DNA of 64,000 bases. It comes from Camelus dromedarius. Taxonomy: Eukaryota. The DNA lies in assembly GCF_036321535.1 (NCBI RefSeq), contig NC_087436.1:23252001-23316000 (forward strand). Reading direction: 5' to 3'. Below the pieces are notes generated by a model. The model made no database searches. It was given only the letters and a program-made list of their open reading frames with translations, and was not told the origin of the DNA. Shown in pieces: positions 25,670 through 36,499 of this stretch. Numbering within the stretch: the first letter of the stretch is position 1; each line of letters starts with the position of its first letter. Made by a program: the position numbers and the translations under genes.

Positions 25670-26152
25670 CACTCCCAGCTTCACAAAAGAGACAAGGTGG
25701 TTTCAGCTTAAAACCACAACCACTGCACTGCTCCTCACGAGTTCCCAGGTCAGGAATTTGGGCAGCGCTCAGCTGGACGCTTCTCCTGCCCTACCCCACT
25801 GGTGGAGATTACCTAGTGTATTCAACTGGCAGGTTGGTTTATCTGAAGAGTCCAAGAGAGCAGCCCTCTAATGTCTGGTGCCTTGGTGGGGAAGACTGGA
25901 GGTGCCTACTTGGGGCCTCCCCAGCATGGCAGCCTCAGAGAAGTTGGATTTCTTATATGGTGGCCCAGGGCTCCAAATATTACAGTGAATAAGATGAAAG
26001 GACTTTATGGTTCGGCCTTATAAACCACATAGCATCAATTCTATCTTACGCTATGGTAAAGCATTCACAAGCCTGCCCAGATGCAAAAAGAAGAGACGTG
26101 GACCCTCACCTTTTGATGGGAAGAATTTGCAATTATGCTTTAAAACCACTAT
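25670..26152 (-). mobile_element. Old MLT1-type LTR
   Basis: GGTCAGGAATTTGGGCAG...CAGCTGG, CATGGCAGCCTCAG, CACCTTTTGATGGGAAGA motifs; boundaries approximate. Confidence 0.7.
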
Positions 26153-27427
26153 AGATGGAACCACTGTGTAGGACAGTGGGTAGAGTTGGTAGGGTTGGGT
26201 TGTGGGCTGGAGACTAACCAGTTGATAGCAGAAGTTCACTAGAGTTATCAAGGAATAATGCCCCCTTTTATACATTTGGGCATACTCTACAAAACATTCT
26301 AAATCTTTGCTTAGCCATCAGCCTCACCACCTAATAATGCCTCCACAGTTGTACCCCTAAGGGGGCCAATTATGTTAGAGCCAAATCCAATAGGCTTTTC
26401 TTTGTTTTTGTCTTCTTTTGACATTTTTTTCTGAATAGTACACTTGTCAATCTTTCCTTAATTATATTCTTAAATACCACAATTCCATGACAGGGGACGC
26501 TGTTCCTTTCCTAATTGTACCTTTGACAAGGCCATTCTTCCTAGACCATAACTCTTGGTACCCCTCAGTACCCCTTGGCCTTGACCTCTTTTCCTAGCCC
26601 TTTTATACTCACTCCCATGTAATGTGTAGCCTCTGTCATCACCTCCATACTGCTGACTCTCAAGTACCTCCCAGCTCTGATTTCTCACTCTTTGCCTATT
26701 ATATGCAGTTTCCTATGGTAGCTCTATAAACAACCTTCTCTTCAAACAATTCCAAGAGTTTAAAATCCGACTTCATGTCTTTGCCCCTAAAATCACCTCC
26801 CCTTATCAACTGTCTCATGACAGTCAGTTGGCACCATCACTGAGCCTACTACCATGTTCTTAAACTTAGAGTCATATCTGAAAAATCTTTGACTCCATAC
26901 CTAGCTATTCATAAAGCTGTCTGCCAGATGAAATGTGACATGTAACGGAGGGCATCTGACAATCTGTAAAGTACGAGACAGGCATGAGTCCACATTCAGA
27001 ACAGATTTTCAGGGTCTACTCTCAACTGGCTTCACTTGGCTTCTACAGCCTTATCTCTTACCAACTTCTTACCCTGTCTCTCTCTCTCCCCCCCCTCCCT
27101 GTCTCTGTCTCTCCCCCCCCCCCCCCCGTGTCTCTGTTTCTCTTCTCTCCCCCTCTCCTTCCCATCGTCTGCTTTCCCAGTCAGGCCAACAGAATGCATC
27201 CCCATATCATCCCCCTGCTTTCCCAGACATCTTTGCCTTCCTGCCTGCCACTTACTTGCCCCAAGCATTCTTTATTTCAACAGGTTTTTCAGAGGACAAA
27301 CCCACTGTCTCCTCCATCTCCTCTGTTTATCCAGAGCCCACCTACCTTTAACGCTGACTCCCTCTACATCTGTCCCTCAACCCGGAGATCCCCTGGAATC
27401 TCCTTAGGACTGGCTTCTTGTACAGTA

Positions 27428-27981
27428 CAGTAGTCCCCCCCGCTCACTCCATCCACAGTTTTACTTTCTGCCATTTCAGTTACCCACCGTTAACCACGAT
27501 CAGAAAATTTTAAATGGAAAATTCCAGAAATAAACTATTCATAAGTTTCAAAGTGCATGCCTTTCTGAGTAGCATGATGAAATGTCATGCCATCCCACTC
27601 TGTTCCCCCCGGAACTATCCCTTTGTCCAGTATAACCTGCCTGTTAGTCACTCAATAGCCAACCAGTTATCAGATTGACTGTCACCTTATCTCACTCAGT
27701 AGCCAACCAGTTATCAGATTGACTGTCACCTTATCACCCTTATCACAGCATGTGTGCTCAAGTAACCCTTATTTTACTTAATAATGGCTTCCAACTGCAA
27801 GAGTGGTGATACTGGCAATTGGATATTCTCTTACTATGCCTAATTTATAAATTAAACGTTATTATAGGTATGTATGTAAAGGAAAAGAACATAGTATATA
27901 CAAGGTTCAGTCCAACCCTGCGGTTTCAGGCATCCAGTGTGGGTCTTGGAATGTATCCGCATCAAATTAGGTGGCCTACTA
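27428..27981 (+). mobile_element. MER44-like (Tigger7-derived) DNA transposon
   Basis: TA|CAGTAGTCCCCCC...CCTACTA|TA termini; internal AAATGGAAAATTCCAGAAATAAAC and AAGTAACCCTTATTTTACTTAATAATGG. Confidence 0.85.
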
Positions 27982-28959
27982 TACACACAACCTATTCTTA
28001 GGGATGCTTTGACAATTATTCTTATTTTCCCTGCTCCTGGACCAAAAGGAGAAATGAACACTCAAAACAAATCCTTGTATAGGAGCAGAAGTAGGAACAG
28101 CTCCTCCTCCCACAACAAACACACATTACATGGTTTCATTTATAGGTAAGTTAGCACCAGGATTTCATACCTGGGATAGATGTGGAAACACATCCCACTC
28201 GGACGGAAGCAAAGGCCGGAGTACAGATGACCTGCCCAGGGCCACAGAGAAGGGAAGCAGCGGGGCCGCACGTGAGCCAAGCGACCTGCCCCTGTCCTCT
28301 CCTCTGCACGCCCCTGCGCGTGAAATTAAAGGGAGCAAGTGATTATCTCATTTTACATAGTGCTTTAGCCATTTACTACAGATTTGCTTTCTAGTATGTT
28401 TATTATCTCATTTGATATCCTCCTACAAAAAGTATTCAAATGAAACACTTTAAAAGTTCTGAGAGCTCTTGTTTTCTGACTGGGATTTTTTTGCAGTCTG
28501 GTTTTAGTGTTTGAAAGGAGGCAGGAGGAAAAGGGAGTCTAGCTCAAAGGGTGCCTGCAAAGCTTCTGGGGAGCCAGAGAAGTAAGAGGAGCCCCATTCT
28601 TGCCTTGGAGAGCTCCGGCTGGGCGGGACCTTCCACCAGGGTCACTGAGCTCGCGCTTGTTTCAGGGTCTCCCGCCACAGCGCGCCGCGGAAGGTGCCGG
28701 AAGCCTCGGCAGCAGCCGCGCGTGCGCGGGGCGCGGGGCGCGGGGTGCCCGCTGCGATGCGCGCTCCGCGAGGCGCCGACGGCAGGGCGCAGTCGGCCAG
28801 GTACGAGCGCAGCGAGGGCTTTCGAGGTGAAGGGCGGCTCCCCAGGCGCCGAGCGAGGATGGGGAGGTGGGCGGGGCCCGGCGTCCCAGGGCACGCCCCC
28901 GTCAGGCCCACGCCCGGGTCCTTTGAGATCTGGAGCTGCTCAGCCCCCGAGCACCTCGA

Positions 28960-28965
28960 TATAAG
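28960..28965 (+). promoter_or_regulatory. UCP1: TATA box (TATAAG)
   Basis: Only AT-rich motif in the island, 167 nt before the ATG, in the TATAAGTC context recalled for UCP1 promoters. Confidence 0.8.
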
Positions 28966-29126
28966 TCACCCGGGGAGGACAGGGGCACCGAGCGGCCAGC
29001 CTGGGCGCGAGGGAGGGGAGGCCGGCGCCGCCAACTCCTTGCTGCCTCGGCGCGGAGGAGTGAGGAGCCAGGGCGAACTTCCACCTTCGGCGCTGGCACC
29101 GGTGCCTCGCTCCGCGCTGGGTCAGG

Positions 29127-29252
29127 ATGGTGGGGCTGACAGCCTCAGACGTGCCCCCGACCATGGCGGTCAAGATCTTCTCAGCCGGAGTGGCGGCCTG
29201 CGTGGCGGATGTGATCACCTTCCCGCTGGACACGGCCAAAGTCCGGCTACAG
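29127..29252 (+). CDS. UCP1: UCP1 exon 1 (mitochondrial uncoupling protein 1, SLC25A7)
   Basis: AGGATGG Kozak; [47 protein letters not shown]; first Px[DE]xx[KR] carrier motif. Confidence 0.97.
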
Positions 29253-29897
29253 GTAGCGAGCGCGATGGGGATGGAGAGGCAGAGAGCGAACCCCTAGTGT
29301 GTGCGCCTCTTTGATTCTGTCTTTGGTTTAAACATCCTTTCTCACTTTAGGTAGGGCAGGTGGCCACCCTGAAAAAGTTGGACCTGTCACAGGATGGTTG
29401 CGTTAGGGTGGGAAATTGGAATTTTTCCGAAATTAACTGAAGAACCACAGGGTCACCGAGGATGTGTTCACCATGACTGTTGCCAAACTCCCCCAAAGTT
29501 AGGGAGCGCTAAGTGTTCTAAGAGCTAAGGATATCAGCCTCTCCCGAGTTTACAAGCCAAGTTCTTTCTCCTTCCTTCTAATTAGGCGGAAGCACCTTCG
29601 GATCCTACTTCCTTGGGTTTCTGGAAAGTTCATAGGAGTGGGAATGTTCAAACATGCATAGTAGCCAGATTCTCTCTCCTTCCCCTCTTTCTCTCTGGAT
29701 AGATAGAGAGATAGGGGGAGATGATGCTGCGAAGGGAAAAGGAATTGAAAATAGTGAGAAATAATGGGAAAGAATCTTGGCTAACGGTTTCTCTACAGAG
29801 GCTAACCTGATGCCAGTATTTTTTTTTTTTCTCACCAGGTGAGACTCCCTTACTCAATTTTCACTGCCCTCTGACCTGTACCCTTTCTCATTTCCAG

Positions 29898-30096
29898 ATC
29901 CAAGGCGAATGCCAGACCACCCGAGCTGTTAGGTATAAAGTTGTCCTGGGAACAATCACCACTCTGGCAAAAACAGAAGGGCCAGGGAAGCTCTATAGCG
30001 GGCTGCCTGCTGGCCTCCAGAGACAAATAAGCTTCGCCTCTCTTAGGATCGGCCTCTGTGATACCGTCCAGGAGTTCTTCACCACAGGGAAAGAAA
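29898..30096 (+). CDS. UCP1: UCP1 exon 2 (199 nt)
   Basis: tttcc[74 protein letters not shown]. Confidence 0.96.
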
Positions 30097-30754
30097 GTAA
30101 GCAAGCATGGAGCTGTCCTGGGAGGGGCGACAGTCAGAGACTCCTCCGGGACCCAGTTCTGTTAAAAAAAAAAAAAAAGTGGTGCGCACAGAGTAGTGGT
30201 CTTCATAACAGACTGGCAAGCAAACATCAATATTTGAAATTCCTCCTCTACCCCCAAAATACTAGCTTGGTACTCACTGTTCATAGGGAGAGAAAGAAGT
30301 GTTCAAAATCGATTTTTTCAGATGCAGTTTATCACTCACTCAGGTATGGAAGGCTTGGGCCTAATTTGGATATCCATCTGGAGAAGAAGCATACTTTGTG
30401 AAATAATATTTAATTCAAAGTCCCCCCCAAGTGAATTCTGTCAGAAACACCTGCGGAACTTGTTAGACATCCAGATGCTGAGGACTGCCCTGTACCCTGA
30501 ATCTGAATCACTCGGATTAGGCCCGGGGAATCTGTGTTTATCACAAGTTTCCCTGGTAATTTTAGTATGCAACAAATCTGAAAACCTTTGGTTTGAAGAG
30601 AAGAAAACCAGAATTCCCTAACTCCAAACCCTAAGGGCTTATTTCCTTTAAGAAGACTGGGGAAGACCAGAGTAAAAGGAGTGGGCTTAAGTTGTAGTGA
30701 GTTTGTTTAGGGAAAGAAGAAACTGAGTATATACCAAGAGTTCCTGATGGCTTA

Positions 30755-31110
30755 GTTAGCATTTATTTGAGTGCTTACTATAAACCAGATACTGTTCTAA
30801 GTGCCTCAGATACATCATCCCTGCAAAGATTACTATTAATTTTATCCTTTGATAAAACAGGAAGCATAGAGCAGTTTTATAACTTGCCCAAGGTCACACA
30901 GTTGGAAAGGGGCAGAGTGAGAGTTCAAATCCAGGCAGGCTGGCCTCTGACCTCAGCTTTTAACCACAGTACAGTCTTGCCTCCTGCAATTTGCATGTGA
31001 TTCTGTGTGTCACTCAATCCATACAAAAATGCTGTTAGATGCAAAGTGCTGTCCCCATTTTCAGATGGGGAGACTGAGTATCAGAAAAGTTAAGTGAAGA
31101 CCACCCAGCT
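30755..31110 (-). mobile_element. MIR SINE fragments in UCP1 intron 2
   Basis: ATTTATTTGAGTGCTTACTA...AACTTGCCCAAGGTCACACAG. Confidence 0.75.
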
Positions 31111-32421
31111 AGCAAGTATCTGAAACATTTCCATGTAAAGCACACAATCCAGAGAGATGTACAGATGGGGAAGTGAATATGAGTGACTGCCTTGGCAGAT
31201 TTCATCATTTCTGCTTTAAATGACCTTTGGATAACGTAACTTTATGGGACACATTATAATTATTATTTATACCAACAATATAAATTTAAGTTTATCCACA
31301 CTACACTTTCAAAGTAAAGATAAAGTCTGGATGTTTCTAGATCAATACTGCATTTTCTTATTTACAAATGTAGCAAGAGAGGAAGCATAAAGGATGAAAA
31401 GCTGCCTGTTCTGGTGGTATTGTTCACAATTGACTGTTCTAACCAATTGCTGGGGTCTTTCTTTTTCTTCCTTCCTTCCTTCCCCCTTTCCATTCCATTC
31501 CATTCCTTTCCTTCTTTCTTTTTTCAGTTTTATTGAGATATAACTGAGATACAGCACTGTATACATTTAAGGTATATAGCATAATGATTTGACTTACATA
31601 CATCATGAAGTGATTATCACAGTAAATTTAGTTTAAACATCTGTCATATTCCTATTGCAAGACCCTATGTTAAGTGCTGTATTGATATTATTTTAACGCA
31701 CACAATAGATCTGCGAGGTAGACATTATTACCTCTATTATACAGATTAGGAAACAGAATTAGAGAGACTGAGAATGTCCTTGATGTGTAAATGTGATTGA
31801 CCATACTTTAATTATAGGAATGGGTCTTGGACTTCTATTTGAACTTTTACTAAATGGTATCTGTCTTGAGTGACCTAAGCTAATTTTTCAAAATTGCGAA
31901 CAAACAGAAAGATCACTTCATTAGTTTCCTTCTTGTTTTTGTCCCCTTTGTAGCCTGACACCACTTGATGTCCCATATTGGGGCAGGTTGTCCACTTGGG
32001 TTCTTCCTAAGACCCTGAAGTCCAATCATTAACATTCTCATTGATGGGAGGAAGACTGAGCATCCCTGGTGCCTCCTCCCAGTTGGGAAATACTGAAAAA
32101 CAGAGCTAAAGATAAGAAAGAACTGAGCAAAATATAGGAAAGAACTAAGACGCTATTTAAATAGGCAGTGTGTTTTCTTTTCCTTGAAAGCCTTTATTTT
32201 AAAAAATTTCAGTCACCTTTGAAGTCTTCTAGCCCTGCTATGATTTAGTACATGTTTAGTATATGATTGACACGTGTACCAGTATTAGGGAAGTACAGAA
32301 GATACAATGACACAATAATATTAACCACTAAATTAAAAAGACGGTACATTCTGGGTCTTGTTTTTTGTTTTTGTTTTTTCTTTTTTGTTTGACACATCGT
32401 TTTTCTCTCTGATAACAACAG

Positions 32422-32616
32422 CTAGTTTAGGAAGCAAGGTCTCAGCGGGCCTCACAACTGGAGGCGTGGCCGTGTTCACTGGGCAACCCACAGAGGTGGT
32501 GAAGGTCAGACTGCAAGCACAGAGCCATCTCCATGGTCCCAAACCTCGCTACACTGGAACCTACAATGCTTACAGAATTATAGCCACTACAGAAGGCTTG
32601 ACGGGGCTGTGGAAAG
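32422..32616 (+). CDS. UCP1: UCP1 exon 3 (195 nt)
   Basis: aacAG|CT AGT; (T)[73 protein letters not shown]1-diagnostic SHLHG. Confidence 0.94.
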
Positions 32617-32715
32617 GTAACTCACTTCAAGATGCATTTTACCATCTTCAGACACGTGTATCCAACTGGCACCTTATCATATAATGGAGCCATTAAGCAC
32701 TTTCTTTTCTTCCAG

Positions 32716-32817
32716 GGACCACTCCCAATCTGACAAGAAATGTTATCATCAATTGTACAGAGCTAGTGACGTATGACCTGATGAAGGCGGCCCTTGTGAA
32801 AAACAAACTATTAGCAG
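32716..32817 (+). CDS. UCP1: UCP1 exon 4 (102 nt)
   Basis: ttccAG|(G)[39 protein letters not shown]. Confidence 0.96.
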
Positions 32818-33533
32818 GTAACTTTTTTTTTTACACAGCAAGTCAGCACATTTACAGTTTCATCTTGGAGTTTCTCCAGCCATATTATACTGAATCCCTT
32901 AATTGTAATAGTTTTCTTTCTTAAAAAATTAAGTACTTTTGAACAATACAGTATAACTAAAACCCTAAGTTTTAGAAGTTTTGCTGCAACAGTTTTTGGT
33001 TTTGCAACAAAACCAAGAGGCAACTGTATTCTTACATCAGCATTATTCTCATTTAATACTAATAGATGAGATTTCTGTTAGCATCTTATGCTTTATAAAG
33101 CAGAATTCAGGAAGTGAGTCCACCCTACACTAAGTCCAGATGAGCTAGTTACATAAGGAGCTCCTCAGTGGTTTCGGCAAAAAAACAGTACCATTGAATA
33201 GGTTCCTAAAGTTTTTATTCTAACAGGTTCTGTAGACATTGAAATTCTCCTTGGACAATGACTTTAATTCAGTAAAAAAGTATTCGATGTCTATGTATCG
33301 AGCATTATGTCATGCCCTAAGGACACAGGGAAAAGTGACAGGTTATTTTCCTAAAGCACTTACAATGTAAGGTACTTATACTTAACCTTCCTTATTGTAT
33401 TTATTGATAAGACATCTGTGTTGATCTCCTGTTTACAACAGGAGGTTTACAAAGGTTTACAAAGATCTGATAACTGAAAATGAGAAGCTCCTCCCAAAGT
33501 CTGGTGTTGACCTGTTTCATTGGTCCGTTTCAG

Positions 33534-33702
33534 ATGACGTGCCCTGCCACTTTGTGTCCGCTGTTATCGCTGGATTTTGCACAACCGTTCTGTCCTCTCC
33601 AGTGGATGTGGTGAAAACCAGGTTTGTTAACTCTCCACCAAGTGTGCCCAACTGCGCAATGACGATGCTCACTAAGGAAGGACCATCGGCTTTCTTCAAA
33701 GG
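33534..33702 (+). CDS. UCP1: UCP1 exon 5 (169 nt, 12 nt shorter than the usual 181)
   Basis: tttcAG|(D)[62 protein letters not shown]. Confidence 0.96.
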
Positions 33703-34534
33703 GTAGGTCTTCCGCATCTGTAATGCTGTGGTCAGGGTATCTGTGTGCTGCGGGGTGCTGTCTCGTCTAAACAATTGACAATTAGCTGACCAGCCTTAGT
33801 ATGTGCAGTACACTTAGTGTCTACTTTTCCTCGCCATAAATTTCTCCAATCCACCAATTCCACTGTGCCAGAAAATTTAAAGCTGTGATATTAAAATTCT
33901 CCCAGGCTTTGAAGAGGCTCTTTCAAAGCCAGTGACTTCCTCCTTGGTCTTCACCTATCGGAAATGTAGACAGTATTCTGCCTTCCCTGGGCAGAAGTAT
34001 AAAATGGAAGGAAAGCATAATAGAAGGCTATGAGAAAACAAGATTTGATTTTCACTATTTTAATTTAATAGGCCCTGTTTTTTAGATTGTATTCAAGCAA
34101 AACTAGAGAAAAATCATTGTTATTGATCTAGAAAAGCTATGTAGAAAACGATGTAGTTTGGTGATTACACTTACCTAGAAACTACTATCACATAATGGAT
34201 CATATTTTTCCATAAAGCAATATTATATTAATATTATAATCACCTTCTTAAGAAAATATAGTATGAACTAATTTATGGGTATACTCCACAAGGATTACAT
34301 GTGGTAAAATAACAGAATTCTATGAACTTAAAAAATTGTAAGGCAATGCCTCAAACCTTATAAGCATAAATGCATGGCACACATTATACAAGAGCTGCTA
34401 ATTCACCATTTACGACACATTAACACAAATGGAATATATTGTAAAATTAACTGAAAATAGATGTATCAGTTATCAATCAGTAGCCATTTAACAATAATTT
34501 TATTTTTTTCAAATTTAAAAACTTCTGGGGGGAT

Positions 34535-34862
34535 ACATGCTACAAGGGTGTACTCTGAAAATGTTATACTAAACAAAATGAGCCAGATACAGAAGGACAA
34601 ACATTGTTTGAGTCTACATATATGAGGTAAAATTCATAGAAACAGGAAGCGCAGCAGTGGGTACCAGGGGATGAGGGGTGGAGGAGCAGGGAGTTGTTTT
34701 TTAATGTGTGCAGAGATTCCGTTTGGGATGACCAAAGGTTCTGGAGATGGAGAGTGATGATGACTGCTCACAATGAGAACATACTGAATGTGACTGGATT
34801 ATACACTTAAAATGGCTAAAATGATAAATTGATGCTATGTATATTTTACCACAGTTAAAACA
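34535..34862 (+). mobile_element. L1MB-type 3' end in UCP1 intron 5
   Basis: AGCCAGATACAGAAGGACAAA...TTCTGGAGATGGA...TATATTTTACCACA. Confidence 0.8.
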
Positions 34863-35549
34863 CACACAACACACACACATCCAGGAGTCAGGAGAAATGT
34901 TAAGAGAGCTGCCAAAATCTTTGGGGCTGATTTTTATGGGCCAGATTTCTAAAATATCTATACAAGGCAGACTGAACTGATGACATTTTTCTTCTGGAAT
35001 ATTTCATTGCTGTGAACAGGAATTCGAAATCAATCATTAGGCCTGCGCAGTTGGGCAGAATTCTTAAAAATAATAAGAGCAACAACAACAACAAAACGCA
35101 GTTAGATCCTGAGAATCTTAGGACAAGAATCGCCAAGATCTAGACTTGGCATTAATTTCTTGACTCCAGAAAATGGTCCTACGTACTCATCACTTTGCTT
35201 TCTCCTCTTACTTTCTCTTCTAAAGTTTCCTACTTCCCCTTCAGAAAGCAAAGCAAGACACAAAATTTCCTTTTCTCTCAAAAAAGGAGAAAAGATCACG
35301 AAAAAGGAGACAAGCTCTGGTTTGGTGGGACTGTTTGTACTGATGTGATCACCTGGGTATGGTTCTGATGCAGGATAGGGCATCTAGATGAAACTTCATG
35401 TTAGGCAGAGGAGGGAAAGATGAAGAATAGGTACTTCTGAGCATTTGCACTGGAGAAGAGTGGCGAAAGGAGACGCATGAACTGCCGGTACTGTAATAGC
35501 TCTGAGAACTTCATGCAAACTAACGGAATGCTGACATGTACTTTTCCAG

Positions 35550-35664
35550 ATTTGTACCTTCCTTCTGGCGACTCGGATCCTGGAACGTCATTATGTTTGT
35601 GTGCTTTGAACAGCTGAAACGAGAACTGATGAAGTCAAGGCAGACCGTGGACTGTGCCACATAA
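35550..35664 (+). CDS. UCP1: UCP1 exon 6, coding part
   Basis: ttttccAG|(G)[37 protein letters not shown]; spliced CDS 906 nt = 301 aa plus stop. Confidence 0.96.
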
Positions 35665-36103
35665 TCATCTTCAGTGAAGGGATGTAACAGACCAGTGGGC
35701 ATCTTTGCTAACTGCATAACTTTAAAAAGCAAACAAACCTATTGACTTTATTTCACCCTAAAAAGATCAGGGAATTCTGGTAGAGTGTTTTGGACTATTT
35801 TTCTTTTTTTCAAAGGAAAACTAATACCTATTTCTTTTGACTTTTATTCTGTGTTTTAAGGAAGGGAAAGCATACACACTGGCAAATGTAGTATCTAGAT
35901 AAGTTACTGCTAGTGATTGACCATTTTTATGGGAGGGATTTTATAATTGAATATGAAGAACTTTAAAATGTTTTAATTATTAATGCAAACTGATGGAAAA
36001 GAAAAACTGAGTGAGATGCACTTTATAAATACTTAAAAATGAAGTTACCAAAGAAAATATTACTGTCTCCTTTTTAGTAACCCAGTTGTCAGTTAATACA
36101 TTC

Positions 36104-36109
36104 AATAAA
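36104..36109 (+). terminator. UCP1: Probable UCP1 polyadenylation signal
   Basis: AATAAA about 440 nt after the stop, followed by a GT-rich element. Confidence 0.7.
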
Positions 36110-36499
36110 GTATTGCTAATACCTTTTAGTTTGTCGTTTTGGGTCTATAGTGAATGTAAGAGTTGAAGTTCACCGAGATTATAAAATTGCCCAAACAGCA
36201 AGGGAAGGTCTTTAGAATCAATAGGCATAAACTTACTTTAAACGTTATTAAGTACAGATTTTTAATTTTTAGAGTCTATTTTATGGCATCTAAGACAACC
36301 TCTCATCGAAGACACCATATTCATTTGGGCATTGTTGTTATTAGAGTCATTGTATCTGTCCTCGAATCACAGAATTTTAGAGCTAGAAGGTACCTTTGGT
36401 TAGAGGAACAGCCTGAGATGAAAATGAATGTTCACGGCATCTTTCAAGCAAAGCCAGTTGTTACAGTGTTAACCGTGAACGTATCTTGCAGCAGACATT

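Larger units (their letters stand above)
28600..29310 (+). promoter_or_regulatory. UCP1: UCP1 CpG-island promoter
   Basis: Dense CpG, GC-rich; GC box GGGCGG 28869-28874; half-CRE CGTCA 28900-28904; spans exon 1. Confidence 0.9.

Noticed and set aside
28544..29314. Several 65-206 aa ORFs on both strands
   Set aside because: Stop-poor CpG island; Arg/Gly/Ala/Pro-rich low-complexity translations; the plus-strand ones start upstream of the TATA box.
29127..35664. Calling UCP1 a pseudogene
   Set aside because: No premature stop, frameshift, exon loss or uncompensated splice-site loss; enhancer, TATA box and CpG island are present.
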